From Macrostomum lignano (taxonomy: Eukaryota): a stretch of DNA of 64,000 nucleotides. The DNA lies in contig NIVC01000257.1 of the NCBI GenBank assembly GCA_002269645.1, positions 1-64,000 on the forward strand, read 5' to 3'. A program made the position numbers and the translations under genes. The notes below the pieces were generated by a model. It worked only from the letters and a program-made list of their open reading frames with translations. It ran no database searches and had not been told where the DNA came from. Positions 28,591-41,200 of the stretch are shown here, one piece after another. Position 1 is the first letter of the stretch. Every line of letters begins with the position of its first letter.

Positions 28591-31500
28591 ACTATAATAA
28601 AATAGCATAGGTAAAATACAGCTCTTAGCTGTATCATATTGTTTAATAGTTTATATTGTCTAGATTGTTTAATAGTTTTAATGACCTATGATAAACTTTA
28701 TTTGACTTAGCTATAAGGGGTTTTATGTATCTACTATCTAGATGCAGCAAGGAGGCATTGCTACCCATTTTGCTAACCCCTAAACCTATGATAAAATTAG
28801 AAAGAAATAGTATGTTTAGTATAATTTTTAATCTTTTATATGATTTTCATATTATCTTATATTAGTATATTATTAATATTTTAGACCAAAACTAGCAAAA
28901 AATAAAACATTAAAAAACTATTTCTTATTTTTTAAAGTAACTTTTTAAAAATACTAATAAATTTAAATCTTACATACTAAACTGAGTTGTTAGTGTGTGT
29001 CACAATTGATTTTAGAAAAATTATGGTTCTATTGTCTAAAGTATATATTTGTGATAAATTGAAACAAATATGATTGAATTAGAAAAATTAAAAAATTGTA
29101 ATATTTCTAGACTAACATATATGTCTAATACTTTAGAACTAGACTTTTTGAATTTTAAAAAGAATAAGTATATAGCAACAAAGATGTATAAAATATAGAG
29201 AAATCTATTAGCTTATGGTTGTATCATATAGGTAGAAGATATAAAATGGCATGTTATAAGGTTGACTAGATAGCCATTGCTATTATAGTAGATCAAATGT
29301 CCACAAAAGAGATTACATTTTAATGTTTATATAAAATTGAAGTAGGGTACATTGTTTAAGGAAAGTTAGGAGAATGAAAGCAAAAACAAGCATTTGCATA
29401 TTGTCTTTCTTTATTAATAAATAATATTAATATTAATTTTATTTTATATGACATATTTTGCTTTTGCCAAACAATTGGCATCTTCAGGCAATTATCTAGA
29501 TGCAGAAAGATGATGAATTTTTAAGTCTATTAAGCCAATATGATGCAACCATGGGTAGCAAAGTTAGATAGCCCTGAATGAGAGAGAAGCAAATGCATAG
29601 GTCTGAACATGAATTGATATTACTAAAGAAAGAAAACATGTGAGTGTTTGTTTTTGCTTAATGTAAAATAGTATTAATCCTTTTTTTAAAAACTAACACA
29701 ATTCAATTTATATTTTTGGGCATTGCATTTGAAATAAGAATAATATACAGATGTCATGGCATATTGACTTTCAAATTGGCATCAAAATTTTGTGCTAAAT
29801 GTCAATTTTTTCCTTAGCTTTCGCTGGTTTTTAAGATTTTATACTCTGTATCATGAGCAATCATATAACATGAAATGTTGCTTTTATTGGTTGTGGTTGA
29901 TGCTATTGGGAATGGTATGCAGATTTTGGATTCTGCTATTTCTAAATTCTGACAAAAAAAACAGACTGGATGGGCATGGCTAGCTACCAAGAATGGGTTC
30001 TTCAAATAGCAAGGGGGTACTTTTAGTTTTTTAATGTGATTTGGTTCTAAAAAAGAACAAAATCATTTTAATAAACAAGACTGGAGGAATTACAACTACT
30101 GGCCAATTAATAATCTAGGCCATTGTCGGCAACCGGCGTTTCGTAGAAAAAAATTCGATGAAACATCGATGAAGCCAATATTAACATTAACAAATCCTAA
30201 GCTTAATACATTCTTGTATTACCATAATTTTACGAGATATATGTGCGAATCCTGAGTTTTGACCTGTTTTGAACACTAAAATTTAAAGCTAAAAATGTTG
30301 CTTGCACTTGCTCTGATTTAAATCATTTACCTTTATTAAAACTGGTTACAAGTAGCGTTGTAAATTCCACCCATGGCCACAATCCTTTATAATCACTTAG
30401 TTAGTACATATCATTTACATGTTTTACCAAGGATTATGTACATAAATTCTTTGCTGACTGTGTAACAATTCATTTTGTCAATATGTATAACCGAGATGAT
30501 AAAGATAGATTTATAAAGCCGATGAGTCGAGTCGCCATACATTTAAATTTATTATTATTTTTAAGTACATGTAAAGTATATAGGATAGGACATGTTCGTT
30601 CGATATACAAAATTAACATAGAATCCTAATTTTCTAAACAAAAGCTCTATATATCAATAGGAATTGCTATAATAAAGGCAAAACATGTGAAGACGAACAT
30701 TGGTTCTGCCTCCTAATCAAAAGCATGCAATAATTCTTTTTTTGTGCTGAAAAAAGAATAACTTTGTACATTGTGTCTCCGTAATGTTTTTTTCAAAAAA
30801 TATCTGCCTTCTTAAAATTTACCATGAAACGTAGTTTCCCGTCCGACTTACATGTAAGTAATCCTTGGTATTAGGGTGCAACACGATCGATCCGACCTAG
30901 AAACTTACTTGATCCTTATCAAATCGTTTATTAGAACAAGTGGCGGATCCTAGGGGGGGGGGGGGGCGGGGCGTGTGAATAAAATAGAGTTATCGACACG
31001 GGACCCTGGGGATAAGCACTTTCTTTAGTCAACTTAGAAAAACTGCACGATGGATAAATTTAAGAGCCAGAGATGTGATCACGTTATCAATAATACATTA
31101 TACAGATGATTTATCTACTACTCTACTGAAAGTGGGAGCGTAAGTGCTTTTTTCCAAATCCCGCGCTAGCACATGGGCCCTAAACTTACTAGCCTACTTA
31201 TAACAGTGGGCAATGGGCATTTTTATCCTTTTTCTGCGAATTGTCATAGAATCTATGCTAGATATAATGTTTGGTCATACTAGTAGTCATAATAACATAG
31301 GCGCAGCTTTTTGGGTCATAAATCATCGCTTTCGAAGCTGGTCTGACAGCCACCTGCGCCTCACTCAGTGTTGAGGCGGGCGCCAGATGGTCTGAGGGGA
31401 TGCGAATGATAGCTTTTTTCCCATCATTTTGACAGGCCATCAAGATTTATGAGAGCAAGGCCTATTGTTCGTGTTCACAAGCGTGTGACAGCTTTGACAG

Positions 31501-31743
31501 CTATGCGTTTTACCCCTAAAAGTACTTTGGGATTAGCAATTAGCGATTTCTCTTCATTATCTTCAGTTTCTATTTAATAAGAGCTTTCTAATGTATATTT
31601 TTTCATTAATTTTTGTCAATTCTACGCGAAAAGTCATAAATCATTTTGTTGCGATTTTGATTGATTTATGGCCGCACCTGTCATGTTTTTACGACCCCGA
31701 GGGAACTGATAGGATCTCCTGGTCACTGGGTAGCAACAAGCTT

Positions 31744-31845
31744 AGCCAATCAGAAAATTCGGCACTCATTTTAACAAATCGGCTCAGCCAATCAGAATCG
31801 ACGTGTTCCAATAACAAACTGCGGTCCAGTTGGCGGCTATTTAAA
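31744..31845 (+). promoter_or_regulatory. Promoter-like module: two AGCCAATCAG boxes followed by TATTTAAA
   Basis: CCAAT boxes at 31744 and 31786, TATA-like at 31838; no convincing CDS downstream. Confidence 0.35.
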
Positions 31846-33276
31846 CCGGTGTTTTTGGCCCGCTCGGACTACAACCTTCTTCCTTTCCGGGGTGCTACCC
31901 CTGCAAACCTTCTTGCGACCGGGTGCCACCCTTGGCTCCACCGGCCATGCAGAAATTGACCGTCGTTTCTTGATCCCCGGATTGCGACTTCCCCCATCAT
32001 CATCAAGGACGAATCCCCCGGTCATCAGCAGTGAACGTCAAAGTGAAGAGCATCACCTGCTAGCTATCGGCGAAGATTGTGACATCAGCATCATCCCGGG
32101 CCTACAGCTGCGAAGCACTAAGCCGATTCGGTCACTGTGGATTACCTGGTCTCCGGCTAGGCAGAAGTCATTCAATAATACTGCTAGTAGTCTAAAACTC
32201 CAATTCAATCTGAAGTGTGAAGTGATCTAAGGAGAAGGTTAAATCTAACAGTTATTTTCATCGGTTTTATTTCTTTGTTCGCCGATGGCTCAGATCAATA
32301 GCTAAGCTAGTAGGCGCCGGTCATAGTGGACCAATGGCAAGGCAGTTCTCAGTCGATAAATCTATCAAATCAGTTAGCGAAATTGCCAATAGTGCAGAAT
32401 CGGCTCCAGAGGTGTACTCTGTGCACTCTAGGTTAGCCAAGCGGCTCGGGTGATGAATCATGCGCGGTCTCTGATGTTCGAGTTAGCCTATCATCAGCGC
32501 TTGAAGGCCAAAAGTACAATTCTTCGTATTTAGCAATGTAATAGTACATGTAGCTACCCCATAGTCTCGCCACTGCAAGAATACCCTGCACAAGTCCCCT
32601 CTGTAACTGCATGACCAATGCGATCTAGTCCCAGCAGTGTCCCTTAACATCGGCTATGACTTCGAGATTGACAGCAAAAAGACACTAGTTGGCAGGTAAG
32701 TGCAAAGCCCCTTCTAGTCGGAAGCCCGATTTCGAGAGTCCCGGTGTGGTGAGCCAGGACGTACGGGCTGGTGGCAGCGAGTTAGCTAATCTGCGGATTA
32801 ACTAATTTCTACCTTCAAAATTCTCCCTGCTTGTCTCTCGCTGTCCCTCTCTTAGTTATAAGACCTAGACTGCTCGCCACACGATCAAGCTACCATGGGG
32901 CTGACCATCTGACAGGAGTGGGGGGCCAGGACTCTAATTGATTTATTTCTGAGACCTGAGGCCCGAAGGCTTCCCCACAAGGGGGCCGAAAGGTCGAAAC
33001 CCATCATTATACCATACTTATAGTAGAAATATCAGCGTAACAATATTATCATTAAGTTGACCCGTCAAGTTACGACACAACACACTTAACTCCTGGTATG
33101 TTGAACTTAGAACGATAATACAATTCACTTTCCACAAATTTTTGACAATTTGTCCTTTTATTGTAACAAAAAATAAACTTTTTATTTCGCTGTGTACATG
33201 TACATGTATGACGAAGGTTTAACTTGTACAGTTAAGCAAAAGCACTTCTATCTTTTTACATGTAGATGAAACCAAA

Positions 33277-33498
33277 TGAAGCTTATAGCAGCTAGTTATG
33301 AGCTTGATTGTCGTTGTACTTTAATTCCCTTCGTTGCCTTCCCCATCAACTATAGACAACGCAGAAAGTGCTTGTCTTAATCTCAGGGCTTTTTACCCAG
33401 CATACAGCTAGTGTTGTCTATGGTTGATAGGGAAGGCAACGAAGGAAAAAATTATTACGACAATCAATCATATAAATAATAAACTGCTACAAGCTTTA
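33277..33498. mobile_element. Imperfect foldback (MITE-like) element, about 80-bp arms, about 50-bp spacer
   Basis: TTCGTTGCCTTCCC-ATCAAC-ATAGACAAC mirrored by GTTGTCTATGGTTGATAGGGAAGGCAACGAAGG; no clear TSD. Confidence 0.6.
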
Positions 33499-33506
33499 TT
33501 GTGTAG

Positions 33507-33605
33507 CAGTGTTAAATAAATTTCATTTATTTGCATCGAAAGATGATTTGCACAGTGAAATAAACCGTTTATTTGCACCGATGCAAATAAATGAAATTTA
33601 CACTG
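33507..33605. other. 22-bp perfect inverted repeat / hairpin
   Basis: TAAATTTCATTTATTTGCATCG (33517-33538) / CGATGCAAATAAATGAAATTTA (33579-33600). Confidence 0.8.
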
Positions 33606-36169
33606 AGACCATAGACGTTCGCCCGGGGCAAGTGGGGGATACATTAGGCGTAAAGGCGGTGGTTCTTAATTATTACCCAGTTAGGCCCGGTCATAGACAA
33701 AGAAAAGCATTTATTTGTTGCGAAAGAAATTTATTTGGCCGGGCCAAAAAATTATTTATTGGCCCGAGTACTTTAGAATTTCTGTTGCTTGACACGAACT
33801 GAGTAATAAATACATCATTACCCACAGCTTGTTTGACTTATCTATGGGCGTAAGCGATAAATAAATAAAACAAATGGGGAAAAACATATACTTAGGTATT
33901 ACTGATTTAATGACAAGTAAGATAGTTCGCAAGATAGTGTTCAAAGGTTGCAACTAGTTTTTTTCGATGGAACATTCTGGAAGAAAGAATGTTCTAGAAT
34001 GAGTTCACGTGGGTGGGAACTCAACTTACTGTATTTGGAATTATATGTTTATCGCGGAAATTTCTAGAATTATTGCAATGCGTGCTACTAATACAATTGG
34101 AGTGGAAAAAACAATGTAAAAACAAAACATTGCCCTAAATACTCGTAAATACAATTGCAATTTTGCTTTTTTGCTGGTCAAGTTTGATAAAAGTATCCTC
34201 GATTTGTACGAGTATATTATCGTGCCGTGCTGTTTGATAGTTCGATGACGGTTTAAACGGTCGATCAACCTTTTTTAGCATTTAGGACGAATAAATCTGC
34301 AGAGTAGGAGCAATTTATATTGCGCCTTTAAATTTCGACTCGAAGCGTTTAGCGTAGCAAAAAGAAAGGAAGAATTTGCTGGGATGAATTAATTGTTCCT
34401 GGAATTAATGTTTTTAACCGGAGTTCATGTGCGTGTAAAAGTCAATTTTAAAGAAAACTAGCGTATAGACATTGCAACAATGCAATGTAATTCGATATAG
34501 TTTTTCCCTGATTTGCCACGATAAAATATGCATGTATACGATATGAGCCTAAGATAAAGTTGCATGTCAAGGGCATTCGTTAATAGGCCGACTCGCATGC
34601 ACATGAGAGATTATATTTTAAGAGGAGCAGGCCTTGCAGGCCTGGCGTCACGTGACGTTGAGCTGTTATTGTCTTATCTTAGCCTGCGTCAATTTATAAT
34701 GGCCATGTGTCTACACAATGCTAGATGCGATCTTTTAGATATGATGCATGAAAGAAAATATTAGGTCATTTGAATGATGTTGCAGAAAAAATTGTCATTT
34801 CTTTCAAATTGAGACCGGAACGAGCTATTTTTGAGCTATGCATATGCATACAGTATAGTTTATTAAATTTCTATATCTTAATAATGATTATTTTACAATA
34901 CAAACAAAAGAATGCTTAGCCATCTTTAGCTTTGTTACTATTAGTAACTAAACTGGTGGCATTAGCACTACATGCCAAAATTAACAGGATTGTATTTTGG
35001 AAGCTGCTGCATTCCGAGGCCCGCTACGCGCCGGACCGATCGATAAACTCTGCCCCTGCCCCACACGTACCCACCTCCCCCAACCCGCCCTCACACCCAT
35101 TCCAGGGGTACACAGATTTTTAAGCGTACATTTAAAAGCCGTCAACGAAACTAATTAGAGACTAACGCGTGAACGGGCGGCCGGCCCTTTATTCTAAGTT
35201 TAGTCTATAAAAAATATCCGTCTGTCTGTGCCCGGCGCAGTGAGGACAAGGCAAGGAGATTTAAGTAACGCAATTAGCAGGCCCTAACTGGTTAAAAGCC
35301 TAACTTAATAGTGCATAAAATAATCTTACGACAGTCTAAATAATGTAACCAGACCGAGAGCCTTTCTTGTCTCCAGCAGCTAAAACAAACACTGTATATA
35401 CACTACACTACCCAACTGTCCAAGTGTGCTTAAATAAACATACCGAAGTTATTATCAAATACTGTCTGGACGCGCGCAATAATTATGGTTATTAAAATAC
35501 AGCTCGTAATTAGCTACATCAACAAATAAGCTAACATAAATAAATAATAACAACTCAAGCAAAAGCTTACATTTTTATATCGAAAGACGGTACATTCAAT
35601 TCTTATTGAATATATATTTCTCTGCGAATTATATTTTAACTTTAATTTAACACTCAGGGAAAAATATTATTAAATATTGTTTGATTGAGCAGAGACAGAC
35701 CACGTTGGTCAGGATTCGGGAATCTCAATGAATCTCAAGGCAAATTTTGCTGAGTTGCTCGCAATATTGATGTAAAAGAGACAGTCAATAGGTCTGGGAG
35801 ACTAATAACTATTAACTTGAAAGAGGTGAACGAAAGCATTTTTTCATCTGTTTTTTGGGGTTTAAGTGCAAAACTATTAGCCAGGAAGTTAAAATTCAAT
35901 AGAATTGTTGCACATCTATCCTCCATCACATCTATCCTTAAGGGACAAGAATAACAGTGAATAGCATCATATTCGAACAACAATTCAGGTCAATAATCAT
36001 GCAATAATGACGCGGAAAAAGTCATGAAAAAACAAAAATCCTTGACATAATTTCTACAGAAATACTTCAAATTTACTATGCATTGCTGACAAAAATCTAC
36101 ACCGCTATGCAGAATGACTCAGAGGCCAGAGCGCAGTAGTCCGGGGTAGGAGATGCCCCTCTCGACATC

Positions 36170-36885
36170 ACCTACTTGGCGCCCTCCTGACATCACCTAC
36201 TTGGCGCCCTCTTGACATCACCTACTTGGCGCCCTCTTGACATCACCTACTTGGCGCCCTCTTGACATTACCTACTTGGCGCCCTCCTGACATCACCTAC
36301 TTGGCGCTCTCTTGACATCACCTACTTGGCGCCCTCCTGACATCACCTACTTGGCGCCGTCCTGACATCACCTACTTGGCGCCCTCCTGACATCACCTAC
36401 TTGGCGCCCTCTTGACATCACCTACTTGGCGCCCTCCTGACATCACCTACTTGGCGCCGTCCTGACACCACCTATTTGGCGCCCTCTTGGCATTACCTAC
36501 TTGGCGCCCTCCTGACATCACCTACTTGGCGCCCTCCTGACATCACCTACTTGGCGCCTCTCTGACGTCACCTACTTGGCGCCCTCCTGACATTACCTAC
36601 TTGGCGCCCTCCTGACATTACCTACTTGGCGCCCTCCTGACATTACCTACTTGGCGCCTCTCTGACATCACCTACTTGGCACCCTCTTGACATTTATCTA
36701 CTTGGCGCCCTCCTGACATCAACTACTTGACGCCCTCCTGACATCAACTACTTGGCGCCCTCCTGACATCACCTACTTGGCGCCCTCCTGACATCAACTA
36801 CTTGACGCCCTCCTGACATCACCTACTTGGCACCCTCCTGACATCAACTACTTGGCACCCTCCTGACATCAACTACTTGGCGCCC
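36170..36885. repeat. 25-bp minisatellite (CTCCTGACATCACCTACTTGGCGCC), about 28 copies
   Basis: Tandem units. Confidence 0.96.
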
Positions 36886-37201
36886 TAAGAAGCCATTTCA
36901 ACTGATGCAACATGTGTAGTAAAGCACAGACAAGTAACAGGTAAGAACGGCTGGATTCTACTATTTTAGCTATAGTGTTACTAGAAAGAAAGTCTACAGA
37001 ATCGCATATTTTAATTCTATAATATAGTCTTCGGAATCTTTTAGTTCGGCTTTTTTCAACGGATTTTCCGCTGCCAACGCTAAAACAATTCAACCAGTCT
37101 AAGAGACAAAAACGCTAATCTAAGAGTAAAAAGCTGATAATCACAGCAGAAAGCATTGGTGCTGATTGTTAATGAGTGGGACGAATCAGTAAACAACTAC
37201 T

Positions 37202-37690
37202 AGTATTGCTTTTGTCAGCCTAACTGAGAATAAAGCCACCCAAAATGAGAATCCTGCCTACGCCGACTGCGAAGGGCCCGGCCGCGTGCAGCCCCAGTCT
37301 ATGGGCCATAGACAATAAAGGACAAGCAAAGGGATAAAAAGCCATCCAATGTGAGAATCGATTGCAATCCAATATTATCGATCCAATATTGGTCTATGCG
37401 TCGTATTCTTTTATTTTTATACCTTCTGAGCTTCTGAGCCATATGACTAGCCAATCCTAGCTTATCCTTTATAGTCTATGGCTCATAGACTAGGCTGGAC
37501 GCAGCTAGGCCCTTCGTATTCAGCTTAGGCAGGATTCTCACATTGGATGGCTTTTCATCACTTTGCTTATCCTTTACAGTCTATGGCCCATAGACCAAGG
37601 CTGCACGCAGCCAGGCCCCTCGCAGTCAGCGTAGGCAGGATTCTCACTTTGGATGGCCCCACTCTCAGTTAGGCTGACAAAACCAATACT
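37202..37690. mobile_element. Foldback element (MITE-like) with about 160-bp imperfect TIRs and an extra internal copy of the arm unit
   Basis: AGTATTGCTTTTGTCAGCCTAACTGAGA.. mirrored by ..TCTCAGTTAGGCTGACAAAACCAATACT; GTCTATGG-C-CATAGAC palindromes in each unit; no TSD found. Confidence 0.7.
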
Positions 37691-37859
37691 TTAATTGAGA
37701 CTAAGCTACACCGGATGATGAGTGCATGGATAATATGCATATGCGAATGGACCCATCCGCATAGTAACGCATGTGTTAGACCATAGATATGGTCCCTTCA
37801 AAACGAATGATGGGAATTCGCGATGGGGATCTGAGATCCGGGATGGCTGGGACCTGGGA

Positions 37860-38180
37860 TAAAAGGGCTTCGAGATTGTAAAGATCTGGAGGCATGGGAT
37901 TTGGGATTATGGGATCTGTGATTATGGGATCTGGGATTATGGGATCCGGGATTATGGGATTTGGGATTTTGGATTCGGGATTATGGGATCTGGGATTATG
38001 GGATCTGGGATTATGGGATCTGGGATTATGGAATCTGGGATTATGGGATCTGGGATTATGGGTTCTGGGATTATGGGATCTGGGATCATGGCATCTGGGA
38101 TCAGGTGATCCGAGATCTGGGACCATGGGATTATGGGATCTGCGCCATCATGGGATCTGGGATCATGGGATTTGGGATCA
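37860..38180. repeat. 15-bp minisatellite (GGGATCTGGGATTAT) just 3' of the PPP1R3 stop
   Basis: About 20 copies. Confidence 0.9.
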
Positions 38181-38218
38181 CTAAAAATTACGAGCGCAGA
38201 ATCTAGGATCTCGAGAGA

Positions 38219-41200
38219 TCAATAGTATACCCGATCGGCAAAGTGGTCCCAGACGGAGAACTCTGAAAAGTCGGTGACGCCCGAATAGTTGGGCTTGTAG
38301 TCCCTGGTGTAGGCATTGGCCGACCTGCTGGACTTGGACGAGGCAGATTTCTTGGCCACCGACACCTTGTAGTTCGCGCCCAAGTTGCTGTCCCAGAAGG
38401 CTTGGCCTTCGGCCTCGAAGCAGACGCAGAATTCGAAGCCGCGCTCCAAGTCGGCGGGGCAGGGGAAGCTGAACACGAATGAGTCCTGCGGGGAATGGGG
38501 ATAGGGATGGCTGGAGGAATGAATGTAGCGCGTAGTTTTCCTGATATTTGGCTGAGCTACCGGCCTCGGATTCAATTCTATTAAATTCACTTTTTCAGAT
38601 CCCTGTCTCAGATCCCACTCTCAGGATCCTAATCTCAGATCCCAATCTCAGATTCCAGTCTCAGATCCCAGTCTCAGATCCTAGTCTCAGATCCCAGTCT
38701 TCAGATCCCTGTCTCAGATCCCAGTCTAAGATCCCAGTCTCAGATCCCAGTCCCAGATCCCAGTCTCAGATCCCAGTCCCAGATCCCAATCTCAGATCAC
38801 AGACTTCAGATCCCAGTCCCAGATCCCAGTCTCAGATCCCAGTCTTCAGATCCCAGTCTCAGATTCCAGTCTTCAGATCCCAGTCTCAGATCCCAGTCTC
38901 AGATCCCAGTCTCAGATCCCAGTCTCAAGATCCCAGTCTCGGATCTCTGTCCCAGATACAAGTTTCAGATCCCAGTCTCAGATCCCAGTCTTCAGATCCC
39001 AGTCTCAGATTCCAGTCTCAGATCCCAGTCCCAGATTCCAGTCCCAGATCCCAGTCCCAGATCCCAATCTCAGATCACAGACTTCAGATCCCAGTCCCAG
39101 ATCCCAGTCTCAGATCCCAGTCTTCAGATCCCAGTCTCAGATTCCAGTCTTCAGATCCCAGTCTCAGATCCCAGTCTCAAGATCCCAGTCTCAAGATCCC
39201 AGTCTCGGATCTCTGTCCCAGATACAAGTTTCAGATCCCAGTCTCAGATCCCAGTCTCAGATCCCAGTTTCAGATCCCAGTCTCAGATCCCAGTCTCAGA
39301 TCCCAGTCTCAGATCCCAGTCTCAGATCCCAGTCTCAGATACTAGTCTCAGATCACGATCTCGGGTCTCAGTCTCAGATCCAAGTCTCAGATCCCGATCT
39401 CTGGTCCCAGTCTCAGATCCCGATTTCGGGTCCCAGTCTCAGATCCCAGTCTCAGATCCGGAATAATGAGACACACCTGACGAGAGTCCTGCGAGCTGGC
39501 GTAAGTCGCATCAAAGTCTCGATAGCTCGCCCATTGATCGAAGCTCACCCGAACAAAGACTCTCTTTTTGAAGCTGATATTCTTCACCGAGACCGAGCCT
39601 TTAGCTGTCAGCCCGTCAAAATATAAATTGCTAAGCGATACGCAATTCTTTTCCACATTCTCTCTGAACAGAATGTACTTTGACGAGGGCTGGGCAAACT
39701 GGCAGCGGAACTGGCCGGATTTGTCCGAACTGGCTTCAATGTCATCGGCCGCGTCCGGGTCGGCTGGAAGTGGCCCTGATGTTGGGGAAGATCGGGGCCG
39801 GGAGTTTTTTAGCTTCGGCATACACCCCCATATATCCTAGTGAACAACCTGAGGGAGGGGGAAACAGCCCAGTGAACAACCTGAGGGAGGGAAACAGCCC
39901 AGTGAACAACCGGAGAGAGGGGGAAACAGCCCAGTGAACAACCTGAGGGAAGGGAACAGCCCAGTGAACAGCCTGAGGGAGGGAAACAGCCCAGTGAACA
40001 ACCCTTAGGAAAACAGCCCAGTGAACAACCTGAGGGAAGGGAACAGCCCAGTGAACAACCTGAGGGAGGGAAACGGCCCAGTGAACAACCTGAGAGAGGG
40101 GGAAACAGCCCAGTGAACAACCTGAGGGAAGGGAACAGCCCAGTGAAAAGCCTGAGGGAGGGAAACAGCCCAGTGAACAACCCTGAGGAAAACAGCCCAG
40201 TGAACAGCCTGAGGGAGGGAAACAGCCCAGTGAACAACATGAGGGAAGGGAAACAGCCCAGTGAACAGCCTGAGGAAAACAGCCCAGTGAACAGCCTGAG
40301 GGAGGGAAACAGCCCAGTGAACAGCCTGAGGGAGGGAAACAGTCTAGTGAACAGCCTGAGGGAGGGAAACAGCCCAGTGAACAACCTGAGGGAGGGAAAG
40401 CAGCCCAGTGAACAGCCTGAGGGAGGGGGAAACAGCCTAGTGAACAACCTGAGGGAGGTAAACAGCCCAGTGAACAGCCTGAGGAAAACAGCCCAGTGAA
40501 CAGCCTGAGGGAGGGAAACAGCCCAGTGAACAGCCTGAGGGAGGGAAAGCAGCCCAGTGAACAGCCTGAGGGAGGGGAAAACAGTCTAGTGAACAACCTG
40601 AGGGAGGTAAACAGCCCAGTGAACAGCCTGAGGGAAACAGGCCAGTGAACAACCTGAGGGAGGTAAACAGGCCAGTGAACAACCTGAGGGAAACAGCCTG
40701 TACAAAGTCGGCATTTCAGCACTCACTGATGGACAGAAACTTTGGCGGGGCCCAGCTGGGCTCGCTGAACACGCGGACCTGCTGCAGCGGTTTGCCAGCA
40801 TCGTCGGCAAAGATGACTCGCTTTTTCATCGACTTGCCAATAGAGTCGGAGACAGCCTTGTGAAGCGGCGGCCCCCCGCCACCGTCAGGACGTCGGCGGC
40901 GGTGGCTTCGGCGGCGGTGGCTTCGGTGGCGGCCGCTGGCGCTGGTTGCGGTTCAGCCTCACCCTCGCCGTTGCCTCTACCTTCGCCGTCGCCCTCGCCG
41001 TCGCGCTCACCGTGGCCATTCAGCAGGTCCAGCAGGCAGTCGAAACTGTGCCGGAACATCAAAGGCGGCGCCAGTCCTGTCGATTGGTTCTCGCAATCGA
41101 CTTTGAAAACTGCGACATAGTTGGGCGACTCCATGGAATAATCTAGAGGCGACTTCAAACTTGATGACAAAGGAGAGTCTTTGTAGTTGAATTGTGCAGC

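Noticed and set aside
36170-36885. CRISPR-like regular repeats (also 44770, 57470, 59905 arrays)
   Set aside because: Units are head-to-tail with no unique spacers, no cas genes, and the context is eukaryotic.
39776-39838. Apparent second frameshift in PPP1R3 if the AG at about 39837 is used
   Set aside because: A better, phase-compatible acceptor exists (CTTCCCCAACATCAG|, 39776).
40868-40880. Programmed -1 ribosomal frameshifting in PPP1R3 and Gab
   Set aside because: No canonical X XXY YYZ (Y=A/U) slippery site; independent signs of single-base homopolymer deletions in a perfect array favour assembly error.
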